From Microcoleus sp. (GTDB taxonomy: Bacteria; Cyanobacteriota; Cyanobacteriia; Cyanobacteriales; Microcoleaceae): a stretch of DNA of 64,000 bases. This document shows, one piece after another, positions 63,788 through 64,000 of this stretch. The notes under the pieces were generated by a model that was not told the origin of the DNA, searched no databases, and saw nothing but the letters and a program-made list of their open reading frames with translations. Within the stretch, counting starts at the first letter, position 1. The number at the start of each line of letters is the position of its first letter. Both the position numbers and the translations under genes were made by a program. Location of the stretch: positions 160,001-224,000 of the forward strand of contig JAYFMW010000007.1 in the NCBI GenBank assembly GCA_042408215.1, read 5' to 3'.

Positions 63788-64000
63788 ATGTAGGCTCCAC
63801 GGCGATTTTAATCGCCGTCCTTGTACTTGCATTAGTTGCACTTCCCACCAATTATGCTATCATACAGGCCTAACTGGTGAGTCGGGCCACGATCGTATAC
63901 GAATTCAAAGTTAAAGGGAAAGAACGACAATACCAAGCGATTGATGAGGCTATTCGTACTTCTGGATTCATCCAAAATAAGTGCTTGCGCTACTGGATGG
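63788..64000 (+). mobile_element. tnpB: IS605-family element: left-end hairpin and start of tnpB (runs off the window)
   Basis: Hairpin ACGGCGATTTTAATCGCCGT; frame from 63877/63889 reads (T)IVYEFKVKGKERQYQAIDEAIRTSGFIQNKCLRYWM, a typical cyanobacterial TnpB N-terminus. Confidence 0.85.

Overview
Chromosomal window from a filamentous cyanobacterium, probably Oscillatoriales (Microcoleus-like). This is inferred from psaD/petH/prk, frequent HIP1 GCGATCGC sites and heptamer STRR repeats. Housekeeping genes (psaD, trpE, hom, petH, prk, valS, crtB, pds, dnaK, dnaJ) alternate with accessory or defence-like cassettes: a RelE-like/SF1-helicase fusion plus a repeat membrane protein, McrBC, a PLD-SNF2 helicase plus N6-methyltransferase, and dynamin-KGK-HNH. 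There are also two large hybrid sensor kinases (one with an insert-Cys-type cyanobacteriochrome GAF) and a GH2-like hydrolase. Non-coding DNA is dense with REP/MITE-like repeats and IS200/IS605/IS607 derivatives, including an orphan IscB-type omegaRNA (HEARO). The most striking structures are: (1) a GxxExxY nuclease gene between inverted arms, preceded by six tandem gene-less copies of the same arm pair; (2) a two-gene cassette bracketed by a duplicated 5' end of hom; (3) several protein-less OMEGA guide-RNA elements. Four genes, including trpE and pds, carry small indels, so the assembly probably contains sequencing errors. All family assignments are from motif recognition by eye; no searches were run.
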